A stretch of 64,000 nt of DNA from Eledone cirrhosa (taxonomy: Eukaryota): positions 204,414,001-204,478,000 of the forward strand of contig OZ024741.1 in NCBI GenBank assembly GCA_964016885.1, given 5' to 3'. The translations under genes were made by a program, and so were the position numbers. The notes under the pieces are model-generated. The model saw only the letters and a program-made list of their open reading frames with translations. It searched no databases and was not told the DNA's origin. Position 1 is the stretch's first letter. Each line of letters opens with the position of its first letter. Shown here in pieces: positions 1 to 12,495 of this stretch.

Positions 1-653
1 GTAATATTGCCAGAATTAATAACAGAACACACTCACTGTTTGGTTGGTTTTCGCTTCTCGCTTCTGTCTTTTATATCGGTAATCTAACTTACTCGGTCCT
101 CAATGTTGCCATTGACTGACCGACGGTCAAAAATAATACAGATACAATATAGACACAAACACATATATATAGTTTATCATAAATCTTTCGTTGCACATCT
201 GCAACATCGTCAGTGGTGTTTTATTTTCCTCCTGTTGTATTGTATGTCTACGCCATTTTTATTATATATATATAGTGAAAAAATGAAGAGTAACTTGGTT
301 GGCTATATATATGTATTTAATGTGTGAGTGTGTTTATAATCATCATCATCATCATTGCTGTTTTACATGTTTTCCCATGCTTGCATAGGTTATTCCAATT
401 GCTGCAAAAAAACATTGACATCATTTATAAACATCACCAGGGACAGTTTATGTTTCCTATAAATAATATGTTTTGCTTAGGCAAACATTATTGATATATA
501 CACCCTACCTAAAATATATTCTGGGTTAATGTCACAAAGGGTATCTGGTTTTAGATAACCTATCTCAAGAAGTCTCAATCCACCCATGCAAGTATGGAAA
601 AAGCAGATGTAAATGTGATGATGATAGTAAATGTTTTTGTCAAGTATACAGTG

Positions 654-866
654 TTAACTCTTTAGCATTTCAACTGGCTGTATCCGGCCAAAATTCTCTC
701 TTCTCTTTTTGTTCAAACCGGCTGTAACCAGCCGCTCATACTGATGTTAACATATTCTCAAAATAAATGGTATCAAAATCTCATAGATTCAATATTATGT
801 GAGATAAAGCCATTACCATGAAAATATAATAGTCAATATAGAGTAATGTAAATGCTAAAGGGTTAA
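654..866. mobile_element. piggyBac-like MITE (family B)
   Basis: Termini TTAACTCTTTAGCATTT ... AAATGCTAAAGGGTTAA (TTAA target plus CCC/GGG-type TIR). Related copies at 26979-27206, 47602-47816 and an internally deleted copy at 20391-20446. Confidence 0.75.
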
Positions 867-2207
867 TGACTTTGTGTTTGTGAAGTGTTCGTTTCTAAAT
901 AGTTCTTATTGAATGGTTTTAAAATATATGAATGCTTATTCAAGTTTGCAATATGTTAATCAGTTAGAAGACCTCTCTTCCTCTATTGTAAGTTTTGTGT
1001 ACAGATTATTTGAGTTCAGTATTACCAAGCAATCAGTCATGGCTGGCTTAATCAGATGAGCTGCAATTTACTGGCCAAAAGCCGAATAGTTCATTTTTTA
1101 TCTCCAGCACTGGCATATATAAAACACTTACAGACCCAGTCCTACTAAGTGTAAATATTTATCAAAAGTCGATAGGTTGTAAAGAATTGTAACACTATTA
1201 TAAAGGGCATTTCATTTACTTGTAATGCTGAGTTTTAGCCACTCCATGGAAGTTAAGAAGCTAAGAAGAAACTCTGTAGATACTTTACTTACTGTGTCAC
1301 TAGTGTTGTTTTCACATTAATATCTGATATAACTACTTGCTAATCTGGTGAGAGAAATTGTTGTGTTAAGGATATTGTTGCTGTTTAACCCTTGATCATA
1401 TGTTCAAAGTTATTCTAGCTGTGACCATCTCTTTACAAACACAGTTTATCTCAAATATTTCTAATGTCCATTTTTATTTTTATTTTTTGCTAAAAGAGTA
1501 GAGTGATATTTAATAGAGATTTGGTTTCTATTTCTAACAATTCACACAACCATATTGAGGCTCCTTCATTGAGTAAATGTTGTGTTTGGAGGTGAAAAAG
1601 CAGTAATGAGTGGAGAGTCAATGTGTTGGTCAGGGATATATTAATTGATGTAACCATTTCTGGCTAACTAACAATTTGATCTCTATGCCAGCAGTGTTGG
1701 TATCAAAAAGAAAGAGTTACCAGGGTTCATAACAAGGTAGCCTCTATGTGGTCACTTGATCTGTGAGAAATAGCAACCAAGTTCCTTCTAATTACCCTAC
1801 TGTTTTAAATGGGAAAGGCATACTTGATATATAAAAAGATAGATTGGTCATAGCATGCTTTTGATTATAAGTATGCCTGATCAGAGAGGTGTCTTCAATG
1901 ACCCTGTCTTGTATACTCTGATATCAGTGGCACTATTCTCAGAAAGGTACTGTCAAAAACAGTATCAAGCGATTTTAAACTTGAAACTTGAAATTTGCTA
2001 AAGGTACCCAAGAGTCACTGGGTGGTGTTAAACCTGATGGCTTGTTAAGCAACTGCTACTTATTAAAATAATTTTAGAAAAGCTTTTAGATAATTAATGT
2101 TAAAAATATAATTTTTCATTCAACTCAGTAAACATCAGTTATAATTATTATATTTATATAAGCTTTAAAACCAAATGCAGAAAACCTTACAATTTATAGA
2201 GAAACGA

Positions 2208-2472
2208 TCATCATCATTATCATTTAACGTCCATTTTTTCCATGCTAGCATGGGTTAGACAAGTTGTTTCGTTGTGAAACAAGTCACATCAGGTAACCGT
2301 GTCTTACTCTGGTTCTGGCTTGGTTTCTATGGCTGGATGCCCTTCCTAATGCCAACCATATTTATAATGTGTACTGGGGGCTTTTTGTACACCTACATGA
2401 CCACTGGGCACTTTTTGCCTTGGCGCCTACATGACCACTTTACAGTGTGGGCTAGATGCTTTTTGTCATGAC
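2208..2472 (-). mobile_element. 5'-truncated RTE 3'UTR / RTE-tailed SINE fragment
   Basis: (CAT)n tail, CCATGCTAGCATGGGTT and GGCTGGATGCCCTTCCTAA motifs shared with the RTE 3' ends at 16440-16780 and 23150-23552. Confidence 0.75.
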
Positions 2473-2474
2473 AC

Positions 2475-3312
2475 CTGAATCCATGGAAAAACTAGAGAAT
2501 AAGTTTCAGATGTGGAAACAGAACTTGGAATCAAAAGGGCTGAGAGTAAACACAACCCTGATCCCTTCAGGGAAGTGGCCCTGTTCGATATATAAAAAAG
2601 GAGTAGGCAGAAATTCTGTACGTAGCACACAAAACAAAGTAGTATGATAGCAGGCAGACTTGCAGGAAAAGAAGACTTTGTATGTAATATATGCACAGAG
2701 ATAATTGATAGTAAGAGGGTCAGAACTTTTTCCAACCCTAAGAAGGATCTGTAGAAGTGGTTGATTGCTTCTGCTACCCAGGTGATCTAATTAGCAGTGG
2801 AGGAGAGTGACCCAAGAGCATAATAGCAAGAATAAGGACAGGATGAAAGAAATTTAGGGAACTACTTCCTCTGCTGACAATAAAAGGTTTCTCTCTATGA
2901 ACAAAAGGCCAGCTGTATAATGCTTGTGTGCAATATATGCATGGTAGGGAAATATGGGCAGTTATGGCTGGAAAGAAATGATGCAAACATGGATGTGCAA
3001 TGTTAATGTGATGTGCATGAATGACAAAGCATGGATGAACTGACAGAAAAGCTGGATATAAGAGGAATCAGAAGTAGTGTGCAAGAGAAAAGTCTGCATT
3101 GGTATGGGCATGTGAAGCATATGGATGATAATTACTGGGTGAAGAAGTGCGAGGAAATCCCAAAGGAAGACCTGAGCAGAGGCGGTAGTGATCTCAAATC
3201 GCTGAAGTACACAGAGATGACAAAGGAACAAAACAAGTGGAGAGATACTGTGATGAAAAAAAAACCATCCAACCTATGCAAGCAAGGAAAAGTGTATGTA
3301 AAATGATCATGA
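2475..3312 (+). mobile_element. RTE-clade LINE remnant (RT C-terminal part to 3' end), degenerate
   Basis: LESKGLRVN, SGKWPCSI, GIRSSVQEKSLHWYGHV motifs with stops and frameshifts; ends in an ATGATCATGAT tail. Confidence 0.85.
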
Positions 3313-4420
3313 TTTGTTTTGGTGATTCCCCAAAACTACAAGACACTGAATTACCTGAAAGAATTCAGATATACAGTATATTTTTGATATTTCTTGTTAT
3401 GATTTATTACCATGATTTTCAAGATTTTACCTATGATTTTCAAATATATGTATATTTATATATACCCACATATATAGAAGGCCTGTCCAACTCATGCAAG
3501 TATGAAAAAAAGAGATGTAAAATGGTGATGATGATATAAAGGACTAAACCAATTTACACCAGAATCTCTTGTCATGGAAGTTGCTTGAATAACTCCTTGT
3601 GGAAGGTTAACTTGAGTAGCATTATAAATATTGTTCTTTTCTTGTTTTTGATGTTGATGTTATCATCAGTAATTCTTGCGGAATTTCTCACATATTTATT
3701 CCATTGTGATACAATAGTTGCATGGGCCTCGCAAGAATTTAGACAAAAGTTGCAGATCTTGAAGTTATATCTTTGACAACGCTTGAATCATTCTGCCTAT
3801 ATTTCTTGCATTTTACCATAAAAGACAGCTTTTTATCAAAAGGAGATGCCCATATCATCTTAATGCGTCTGAGTTAAATCCTACTTGAAAAAGAATGGTT
3901 TCAATATATGATATTCCAATCCTTTTCTTGATCTCCACAAAAGAGATTTTGACTATCCAGCTAATTCCTATAATATATACCAGAAGAGACATTTAGATAT
4001 GTGTCTTTCATAGAAGTTGTAAATTTCTGTGTAATACAACAGACTGAAAAGCACAGCTTCTCTTTACAGCTTATATTTGATACCAAGACAGATATCAGGT
4101 TGCTGCCATAGCTGATTCTGTAATGTTCTAAAACCAACTAATACAGAACAGATAGTTTTTCTGAACCTTTGATGTTGTTTAGCCTCAGGCCAGCCCCAAT
4201 TGAATATACTTATGATCAAAGACATTTCAGTTGTGACCATCCAGTCTCACCTATTTTTCCATAAGAGTCATTAATCAATGACTTCTTCCCTTTTCAAGAT
4301 GGTAGAGAGTCATTTTAAGGAAGTTTCAGCTGCTATTTCTTGCAAGTAAATTGACCACTTAGAAACTCATGTATTGGCTTGTCTTAATCTCTTTATTTCG
4401 ACTGGTATCATTATTATGAG

Positions 4421-5495
4421 ATGTCATCTGGTGTACCACAGGGATCATCTGTTCTTGGTCCCCTTTTGTTTGTGGCATATATTAATGACATAGATGCCAA
4501 CTTAAAGAATGCCATGGTACTGAAATATGCAGATGACATCAAGCTGTACCTTGAAATCAAAAGGACTGATCCTGAAATCTACAACTCTTTCCTACAATCA
4601 GACCTGGACACAATGCAGCAATGGATCACAGACTGGCAACTGAAGCTGGCTGTGGACAAGTGTACCACCATGCATTTTGGGAGGAAAAATCCAGCGTCCA
4701 CTTACTCCCTCCACAACACTGATATCAAGAAGTCCTTTTGTGAATGTGACCTGGGCATTACTGTCAGCAGCGATTTGCGTTGGACAAAGCATGTCTCTAA
4801 GATTGTCAAGAAGGCCAAGGGTGTATTGGCATCACTCAGCAAGACCTTTGTTAGCCGCTCTCCAGCCATCTATTTAAAGCTGTATACAGCTATGGTACGA
4901 CCACACTTGGAATTCGCATCATCAGTCTGGAACCCCTATCTTGCTCAGAACATTGACCTCCTGGAAACTGTTCAGAGACGTGCAACCAAGCACATACATT
5001 CCATCAGACACCTACCATACTCTGAACGCCTTGCTTCCCTGGGCATGGATTCATTGAAGCTCCGACATCTGGCAATGGACTTGGTAAACACCCACAAAGT
5101 TATTAACCATCTCGCCAACAACAACCCTGAGCACCTTTTTGATCTCCATGTGTCTAACACATGTGGACATGCCTACAAAATCAGAAAACAGCACAGCTCC
5201 CATGACTTTCGTAAACATTTTTTCACGCTCAGAGTTGCTGAAGCATGGAACAAACTGCCTGCGTCAGTTGTTAGCTGCCAAGACACTGCATCCTTTAAAA
5301 CCCTCATGCTTCCCAAAATTCGCCAAAACTACACTTGATGTACCCTTTCCATGCACACATGTATATATCATGACTCATGCACTGTTCATTTTCCTGATGT
5401 TTGTACATTACCCTATGTACTATACATACACTTTTTGATGAGTTGTAGTGCACCTGAGCACTGTACACAATATTTCATTATTATTATTATTATTA
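4421..5495 (+). mobile_element. 5'-truncated CR1/Jockey-group LINE (RT C-terminal 305-aa ORF plus 3'UTR)
   Basis: ORF 4421-5338 has SGVPQGSSVLGPLLF, YADDIKLY, DLGITV, LYTAMVRPHLEFASSVWNP and FFTLRVAEAWNKLP. The 3'UTR ends in (TTA)n. Confidence 0.9.
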
Positions 5496-5604
5496 TGGCT
5501 GCTTTGATTAGACCTTTCATTACCATATTTCTATTTGAAAGACACTACCTATAATTTTGAAAATAAGAATTTGGATGTATTTCATAAAATAACCAATTTT
5601 ATCA

Positions 5605-5818
5605 TGAAATGCCAGGAAATCCCAATGAAAGGAAGCTGCAGTAGAGGTAGATCAAAAAAGACCTGGGCAGAGGTGGTGAAAGCTGACCCCAAATCACTGA
5701 GACTCACAAAGGAGATGACAAAAGAAAACTGAGAGTGGAGAGATGCTGTGCGGAGAAGAACCCACCCAACCCATGCAAGTGTGGAAAAATGGACATAAAA
5801 ACGATGATGATGATGATG
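5605..5818 (+). mobile_element. RTE LINE 3' end
   Basis: KCQEIPMKGSCSRGRSKKTWAEVV coding remnant, then CCCATGCAAG and a (GAT)n tail. Confidence 0.85.
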
Positions 5819-5902
5819 TCTTTAAAACAGTTTTCATTAAAATAGTTTTCATCAAAGAACAGAGGTAGTTTTGGATGGCTTTTTATCAAAAGGGTTCAGT
5901 GT

Positions 5903-6093
5903 AATAATTGTTTCTACTTTAGGCACAAGGCCAGCAATAACCCAGTACATTACTGGTACTTTATTTTATCGACCCCGGAAGGATGAAAGGCAAAGTCAAC
6001 CTCGGCGGGATTTGAACTCAGATCGTAAAGGGACGTAACTATGCTGGAAAGCATGGCGTCCGACCCTCTACCGATACTGCCAATCCACCGCCC
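5903..6093 (-). mobile_element. Full-length tRNA-derived SINE (family A)
   Basis: Minus strand reads GGGCGGTGGATTGGCAGTATCGG (A-box-like), GAGTTCAAATCC (B box), central GTTGACTTTGCCTTTCATCCTT..GGGGTCGATAAAATAAAGTACCAG, then an AATTATT tail. Many copies in the window. Confidence 0.85.
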
Positions 6094-6386
6094 TCTACAA
6101 CTATGTCAATAATGAAGGCAGTAGCATTGCATGTATTTCATTTTTAGCTGTCACATATACCGTAAGTGTAATAATGAGTGGTATTCCATTTTACATCACT
6201 CATTAAACTATTTTATACCACATTTTGTGAACAAAAGTCGCCAACAAACCATTCATTAGTTCATTATAATTATAACAAGATGGTTGACAAGGGAGTGTCT
6301 GTGCAACTCAAGCATAACAATACCATAAAGCATTATTTGAATTAGAAAATACATTACGTTTATTGTGCTAAATACTAGTAGAAATC

Positions 6387-8056
6387 AAAATAATTAATTG
6401 CACTATATTTACAATTCATCAACATTTGCATTTAAAAAAAAAAAGTAAAAGAGAAAAAAATTAAATAGTGAGATTAGAAGAAAGAGTGGAGGGAATGGCA
6501 TACTCTACCCCCTCCCCTCCCCAAATCTAGGTGGTATGTATTAGCTGTGCCCCACAGACAAAATGACAAAAGCATTGCTGTGGAGGAAAGCCAACGACAC
6601 CCACTGCATCAGCCACTCTACCTCAAGGGACATAAAAGCATTATATGATCAACATTGTATATATTGTAGACAGCTTTTTAGAGTCAGACACTAATCTTTA
6701 ATCATTTGCACAAATGATTAAAAAATAATTAAAAAATAATTAAAAAACCAACCAAGAAATTGGAGGGATTTAGTAAAATAACCAACTTTCTCATTATTTA
6801 TTAGATCTTTCAAAGTTGATGGAACCTGTGGAAAGGGAAAACCTAGGAAAATTTGACCGATATTATGAAAGCCGACCTCACATAGCTAAACCTTATGAAG
6901 GAGATGACTGAAGATTGAGATGAGAGGCGATATACTGTACTGCAGAACACGAGTATGGAGAAGATCCCCATCACTCCAGTATACTTCTAACTCTTCTCTC
7001 ACTTTAAATCTAATGAAACAGAGAGATAGAACATTTAGGTCCCCACTTGCCAGTGTACATACTTCCAATTTCTCTATCTGAAACCCCCTGTTGGTCCCTG
7101 CCCACTGATACCCTTCTTCTTCGCCCCACCTTCTTCATCCAACCCATGCCAACATGGAAAGCTAGAGTGAATCTTCTTTTCTCCTCTTCCTCACCCAACT
7201 TATGTCTGTGTAGAAAGCTAGGGTGGACCTACTCTGATGCAATTTCCTGGCCAACCCATGCCTCCCACCCCTTCCTTTCACACTCTCATTCTTGTCCAAC
7301 ACTGAAAGCCAGACACATTCCACACAATGTCAGACACCACCCACTTGCTCCAGGATAAATATAAATATTTTAAAACAGTTTTGTATCATAGAACCAGGAG
7401 TGGTTTAGTATCAAATGAGTTAAAAGAAATAACAGAAAACATGTTACACTCTGCCTTAACCCTTTCATTACCATATTTATCATGAAATACACTGTATCTG
7501 AATTAATCAATGAAAAATTTGGTGGGATTTACTAAAATTATCATTTCATTAATAAGATGGCATTTATAATATAATTTAACACAAGGTTCTTATGTCAAAT
7601 TATGTTTCAAAATTTTAATTTAAATAGGAACCCTATAAAATGGATGGCTTTGTTACATGAAACCACAGGTGCTTTTGGGCAGTATGATATCAAAAGCATT
7701 AGAAAAACCCACCAGTTAAGAAATGTCTGTTTGCTTCAACTTCTTTGTGCAAATGATTAAAGATTAGTGTCTGACTCTAAAAAGCTGTCTATGATATATA
7801 CTATGTTGATCATATAATACTGCTAATGCCCCTTGAGGTAGAGTGGCTGATGCAGTGGGTGTCGTTAGCTTTCCTCCACAGCAATGCTTTTGTCATTTTG
7901 TCTGTACACCTAATACATACTACCTAGTTTGGGGTGTAGAGTATGCCACTCCCTCCACTCTTTCCCCTAATTTCACTATTTAATTTTTTTCTCTTTTACT
8001 TTTTTTTAAAAATGCAAATGTTGATGAATTGTAAATATAGTTCAACTAATTATTTT
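6387..8056. repeat. Long inverted repeat: ~320-bp arms (6387-6714 / 7744-8056) with ~1-kb spacer
   Basis: The arms are direct reverse-complement matches, e.g. GACAGCTTTTTAGAGTCAGACACTAATCTTTAATCATTTGCACAAA vs TTTGTGCAAATGATTAAAGATTAGTGTCTGACTCTAAAAAGCTGTC. Confidence 0.9.
7456..7702. mobile_element. TTAA-type (piggyBac-like) MITE, family A
   Basis: Starts TTAACCCTTTCATTACCATATTT and ends in a degenerate GATATCAAAAGCATTAG. Related copies near 23965-24193, 26941-27743, 43842-44040, 47051-47279 and 48071-48270. Confidence 0.6.
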
Positions 8057-8109
8057 AATATCAATATAAAGAAAAATCACAAGGACTTCCTGCATCTGTT
8101 ATATATAGA

Positions 8110-8552
8110 GAGAAAAGGAGTAGGCATAAACTCTTGGGCAGTAATTGCAGAAAACATGTGTAGGCTGAAGAGAAATGAAGCAGCCATGCTTTGTTGGATG
8201 TGCAATGTAAATATGAGAGGAAGGCAGACCTTGGATGAACTGAGGGAGAAACTGGGTTTAAGAGGAATTCAATATGGTGTGCAAGAGAGAAGACTGTGTT
8301 GGAACAGACATGTGATGCACATGGATGATGATCACTGGGTGAAAAAGTGCCAAGAAATCCCAGTGAAAGGAAGCCACAGTAGAGATAGACCAAGAAAGAC
8401 CTGAACAAATTGTGAAAGCCGATCTCAAATTGCGGAGACTACAGAGATGATGAGGAAGGAATGCAGAGAGTGAAGAGATGTTGTACTGAAAAGGACCCAT
8501 CCAACCAATGCAAGCAAAGAAAAATAGACATAAAAACAATGATGATGAGGAT
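8110..8552 (+). mobile_element. RTE LINE 3' remnant
   Basis: RLKRNEAAMLCWMCNV, VQERRLCWNRHVMHM, RDRPRKT, followed by a (GAT)n tail. Confidence 0.85.
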
Positions 8553-8629
8553 ATATTATATATCTATACTATGAATGAGAATGTATGTGTGCATATGTGT
8601 ATGTCTCTCAAAGGCTCCTAAACAGTGCA

Positions 8630-9381
8630 TCCAAGGAGGAGGAGATTTTGGACAAACTCTCCCAGTCATTCCAAAAGGCAATAAGGATTGGTCAAATCTG
8701 AGCCTGTTTGAAAAAAAATCAACACTTTGGACTTCTATTAAAGTTCTCAAGCTCGCTACAAACATGAGAGCATATTTTTGTAAAGACAAACAATTGGAGC
8801 AGTTTGCCCAGAATCTATTAATGCTTGGAGATGGAAGACTTCCTGTAAATAGAAAGGAAGTTATTGATATAAGTCCCATAAGCACGATAGGGGAATCATT
8901 ATTCCATCTCATAGAATCTTGAATATCAGTTTGCAAGTCACAAGTGGCTCAGTGAAAGGGCTATATTGGCCCCGAAAAATGTGATTGTGAAATTGGTAAA
9001 TCAAGAGCTATTGAAAAGAATTCCAAAGGTTTCGATGCTCCATGTGTTTGTTCCAAGAATTCCTCTTATCCTCACTGATGTCCCATTTTAATTCAAATGA
9101 CTTCAATTTCCATTGAGTCTTAGTTTTGACATGACCATCAACAAATCACAAGCACAAACATTTTCAGTTTACACGTTGAAGAGCACTGCTTCACCCATGG
9201 TTAGCTATACATTGGATATTCAAGAGTAGGAAGTCAGATAAATCTTTACATCTATGCACCAGATGGAAAAATAATAAACATTGTTTATACAATCATTATA
9301 AATTGACCTAATTTATAAATAAAAAATTGAAATGAATCACTATTGTGATTATTGCCTGGCAACGACAGGCTACTCAGCTAG
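8630..9381 (+). mobile_element. Helitron remnant (PIF1-type helicase fragments plus 3' terminus)
   Basis: GGDFGQTLPVIP, LATNMRA, LLMLGDG, MTINKSQAQT and FTHG.LY..SRV fragments. Terminal hairpin GCCTG-n7-CAGGC (9354-9370) then CTAG (9378-9381) followed by T. Confidence 0.85.
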
Positions 9382-9514
9382 TGTGTGTGTGTGCCTATAT
9401 ATATATAAGTTTTTTAACTGTCTTTGTTCAATTGTTAAAATTCTTAGATTTCTTTGATTGCCTTTACATGTTCTGTTTGGGTATTGTTGCTATGCTTGAT
9501 CTAGCTATACATAT

Positions 9515-9650
9515 AATTGTTTCTACTTTTGGCACAAGGCCAGCAATTACCCAGTGCATTACTGGTACTTTATTTTATCGACCCCGTAAGGATGAAAGGC
9601 AAAGTTAACCTTGGCAGGATTTGAACACAGAATGGCAAGGGCCGTAACTA
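9515..9650 (-). mobile_element. 5'-truncated SINE family A with target-site duplication
   Basis: SINE body flanked by ATCTAGCTATACATATAAT at 9499-9517 and 9650-9668. Confidence 0.85.
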
Positions 9651-9665
9651 TCTAGCTATACATAT

Positions 9666-10076
9666 AATAATAAATAATAATGAAATTATTGTGTACAGTG
9701 CTCAGATGCACTACAACTCATCAAAGGTGCATGTATAGTACATAGAATAATATACAAATGTCAGGGAAGTGAATAGTGTATGAGTCATGATATACATGTG
9801 TGTGCGTGTATGAAGGAGGGAATATTAGGTGTAGTGTTGGCGAATCTCAGGAGGCATGGAAGTTTTAAAGGATGCAGTGTCTCGACAGCTCACAACTGAT
9901 GCAGGGAGTTTGTTCCATGCTTCAGCAACTCTGAGCAGGAAAAAATGTTTCTGAAAGTCATGGGAGCTGTGCTGTTTTCTGACTTTGTTAGCATCCCCAC
10001 GTGTGTTAGACACATGGAAATCAAAAAGGTACTCAAGGTTGTTGTTGGCAAGATGGTTAATAATTTTGTGGGTGTT
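9666..10076 (-). mobile_element. CR1/Jockey-group LINE 3' end (same family as 4421-5495)
   Basis: NTHKIINHLANNN...FFLLRVAEAWNKLPASVV..RQHYT* plus the matching 3'UTR and (TTA)n tail. Confidence 0.9.
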
Positions 10077-10093
10077 TATATATATATATAAAT

Positions 10094-10504
10094 ATAAATT
10101 CAGCGAGAATCGCATTTCGGCGGGTAGAAAAAGCGAAACGAAACACAAAATAAGAGTTATGCTGGCAAGCGCTCAATAGTTAAAAACCAGAGCTAAACAA
10201 TATGTTAAAACGCCATACAAACTGAAAAAGTGGTCAAGAAAGCATTAACCACCTAAGCCAAAAACAAATCAAGCTAAACAGGTCAAACAAAATAAATGAT
10301 AAAAACAGACCTGGACCCATTGGAATTGATGGTAAAATCCAAATGCAGAGTTTCTATGACACCTAAATCAATAATACTGTCTGCTTAAAACTATAAGCTT
10401 TTGGTATAATGATCGAACAAGGAATATCACGTTATCAACAGGTATTTTGCTTTGCACCAACTTTGTGAATGACTCAGAGCTTTGTAAAAGCACATGTGTA
10501 ACTC

Positions 10505-10508
<4 letters not shown>
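10094..10508. mobile_element. Unclassified repeat lying between (TA)n tracts
   Basis: Its terminal 28 bp (ATAAATTCAGCGAGAATCGCATTTCGGC) recur inverted at 30955-30982, again abutting (TA)n. Confidence 0.45.
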
Positions 10509-10553
<45 letters not shown>

Positions 10554-10603
10554 TAATAAAATAATGAATAAACAAAGAAACAGTTCCTTATATTAAAAAA
10601 AAT

Positions 10604-10747
10604 TCATCATTTTACGATCGTTTCTAGGATATATATGTGTGTTAGAGTTGGTATGCATATTCTATAGATCTATGTACAATATTTATACAAACTATCAGAG
10701 GGAATATACATACCTACACATATATATGCTGTCTTCAGAAATAATGA
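10604..10747 (-). ncRNA. Type I hammerhead ribozyme motif with extended stem II (inverted pLTR copy)
   Basis: Minus strand: TCATTATTT-CTGAAGA-[107 nt]-GAAA-CGATCG-TA^AAATGATGA. Confidence 0.7.
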
Positions 10748-10757
10748 TATTTGTTTA

Positions 10758-11447
10758 TTGAAAAAAACAAAGATTCAATTACAAATTAAGGATAATATAC
10801 CTAAAAAATTCTTTAATATCCTAGAGAAAAACTTCCCGCCAAACCACAAATACCATCAAATTTTAAATAGATCAACGGTTAAATTCTCCTACTCAACAAC
10901 CAATAACATAAAACAAAATATAAGTGCCTATAATGCATATAAATGTAAAAAAACCATGAGTATACCACCAGTACACCAAACTAACCATAATATCTCCTCA
11001 GATACAGGATTCACGAAAAGTTGTAACTGTAGAAACAAGGCAAACTGTCCATTAAAAGGAAATTGCCTTGTTAATAACATAGTATATAAATGTAAAGTTA
11101 ACACTAAGGACTCAATTTATTCATATATAGGAGCTACCTCTAACAAATTTAAGGTAAGATTTAATACCCACAAACATAGTTTTAAAAATGCCGCACTAGC
11201 TAATACAACATCTCAAGCTGAAATAATTAATAGTTATAGAAAGAGGAATATAGATTATGACCTGACCTGGAGTGTGCTCAAAAGGGCCACCCCTTATCAA
11301 AATAGTAGATATGAATGTAGATTATGTTCCCAAGAACTTTTTGAAATAATGAAATCTAAGGATATCCTATTAAATAAGCGACAGGAATTAATAATATCGT
11401 GTAATCATAAACTGAGAAAAACCTTTAAATATTATAAACCTAATTAA
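10758..11447 (+). CDS. Penelope-like element ORF C-terminus: RT thumb end, CCC-H linker and GIY-YIG endonuclease (5'-truncated)
   Basis: FPPNHKYHQILNRSTVKFSYSTT, CNCRNKANCPLKGNCL, NIVYKCKV..SYIGATSNKFKVRFNTHKHSF, CRLCSQE, LLNKRQELIISCNH. The first few codons overlap the inverted pLTR. Confidence 0.9.
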   Translation: MKKTKIQLQIKDNIPKKFFNILEKNFPPNHKYHQILNRSTVKFSYSTTNNIKQNISAYNAYKCKKTMSIPPVHQTNHNISSDTGFTKSCNCRNKANCPLKGNCLVNNIVYKCKVNTKDSIYSYIGATSNKFKVRFNTHKHSFKNAALANTTSQAEIINSYRKRNIDYDLTWSVLKRATPYQNSRYECRLCSQELFEIMKSKDILLNKRQELIISCNHKLRKTFKYYKPN

Positions 11448-11689
11448 TATACACTTTAGAAATTAATATATAAACTGTTTTTAATTTAGTTAACCTATAA
11501 TTAATATTCTACTACTGATGAACTACATAATTTTGCTTTCCTTCTTACAACTATCATTTCCTAAAACTGATACCATTAAGTAAACATATATAAAGCTTTA
11601 ACTTCAGGTTATGACTCTGTGTTCCTTGAAATCTATATATATTTATTATTTCTCACTAATAAATTTAATCCCCCCCCCCAATAATTATA

Positions 11690-11745
11690 TGTATATGTAA
11701 ATGTGTATGTGTGTGTATATATATGTATGTATGTATATTTGCATC

Positions 11746-11784
<39 letters not shown>

Positions 11785-11870
11785 ATATATATATATATAT
11801 GTGTGTATATGTGTGTGTGTGTATATGTATATATGTGTATATATGTATATATATATGTATATATATATAT
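11690..11870. repeat. Compound (TA)n/(TG)n/(TATG)n microsatellite
   Basis: Direct sequence. Confidence 0.95.
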
Positions 11871-12495
11871 TATTTTTATATTCTTCGGGGCGGTGGATTG
11901 GCAGTATCGGTAGAGGGTCGGACGCCATGCTTTCCAGCATAGTTACGCATCCAGCTGTAGAAAACCCGCCAGACAGTCCTATGCGAGCAAGACAACCACT
12001 CTTGCCTCAAGTGGGAAAACTCCCGTCCAAACCCATGCAAGCGTGGAACATGGACAAACGATGATGATGATGATGAGATAGATGTGGAAAATTAAAAAAA
12101 TTAAAAATTGCAGGAACTAAATTAAGTACAACAAATAAATCAAAGTTATTTAATTTCTGGCAGGAGCAGATGTAATTTAGGTCACATTTTAAATCCCTTT
12201 TTTAATAACTCAGAATTTTGAGGGATTAAGTGAAATAACTAACTTTGACATTATCAAGTTGGTATTTAGAACATAATTTACCAAAAGTTTTTACATATAA
12301 TTACGAAATGTTTTTAGATAAATATAAACAACTTAAAATGAGAGGCTTATATCATAGAATTACATGTAGGTTTCATCAAAGAGATAAATAAACTACTACT
12401 CCATCTAAAAATATGAAATCATTATCACCTCACCAAAAACTAGGTTTTCAGATTCACTCGTGGCTACATTCCTGGCAATAGCATATAGAAAAGAC

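Noticed and set aside
11515-11521. CTGATGA downstream of the GIY-YIG ORF as another hammerhead
   Set aside because: No suitably paired stem II, GAAA or cleavage-site stem could be found.
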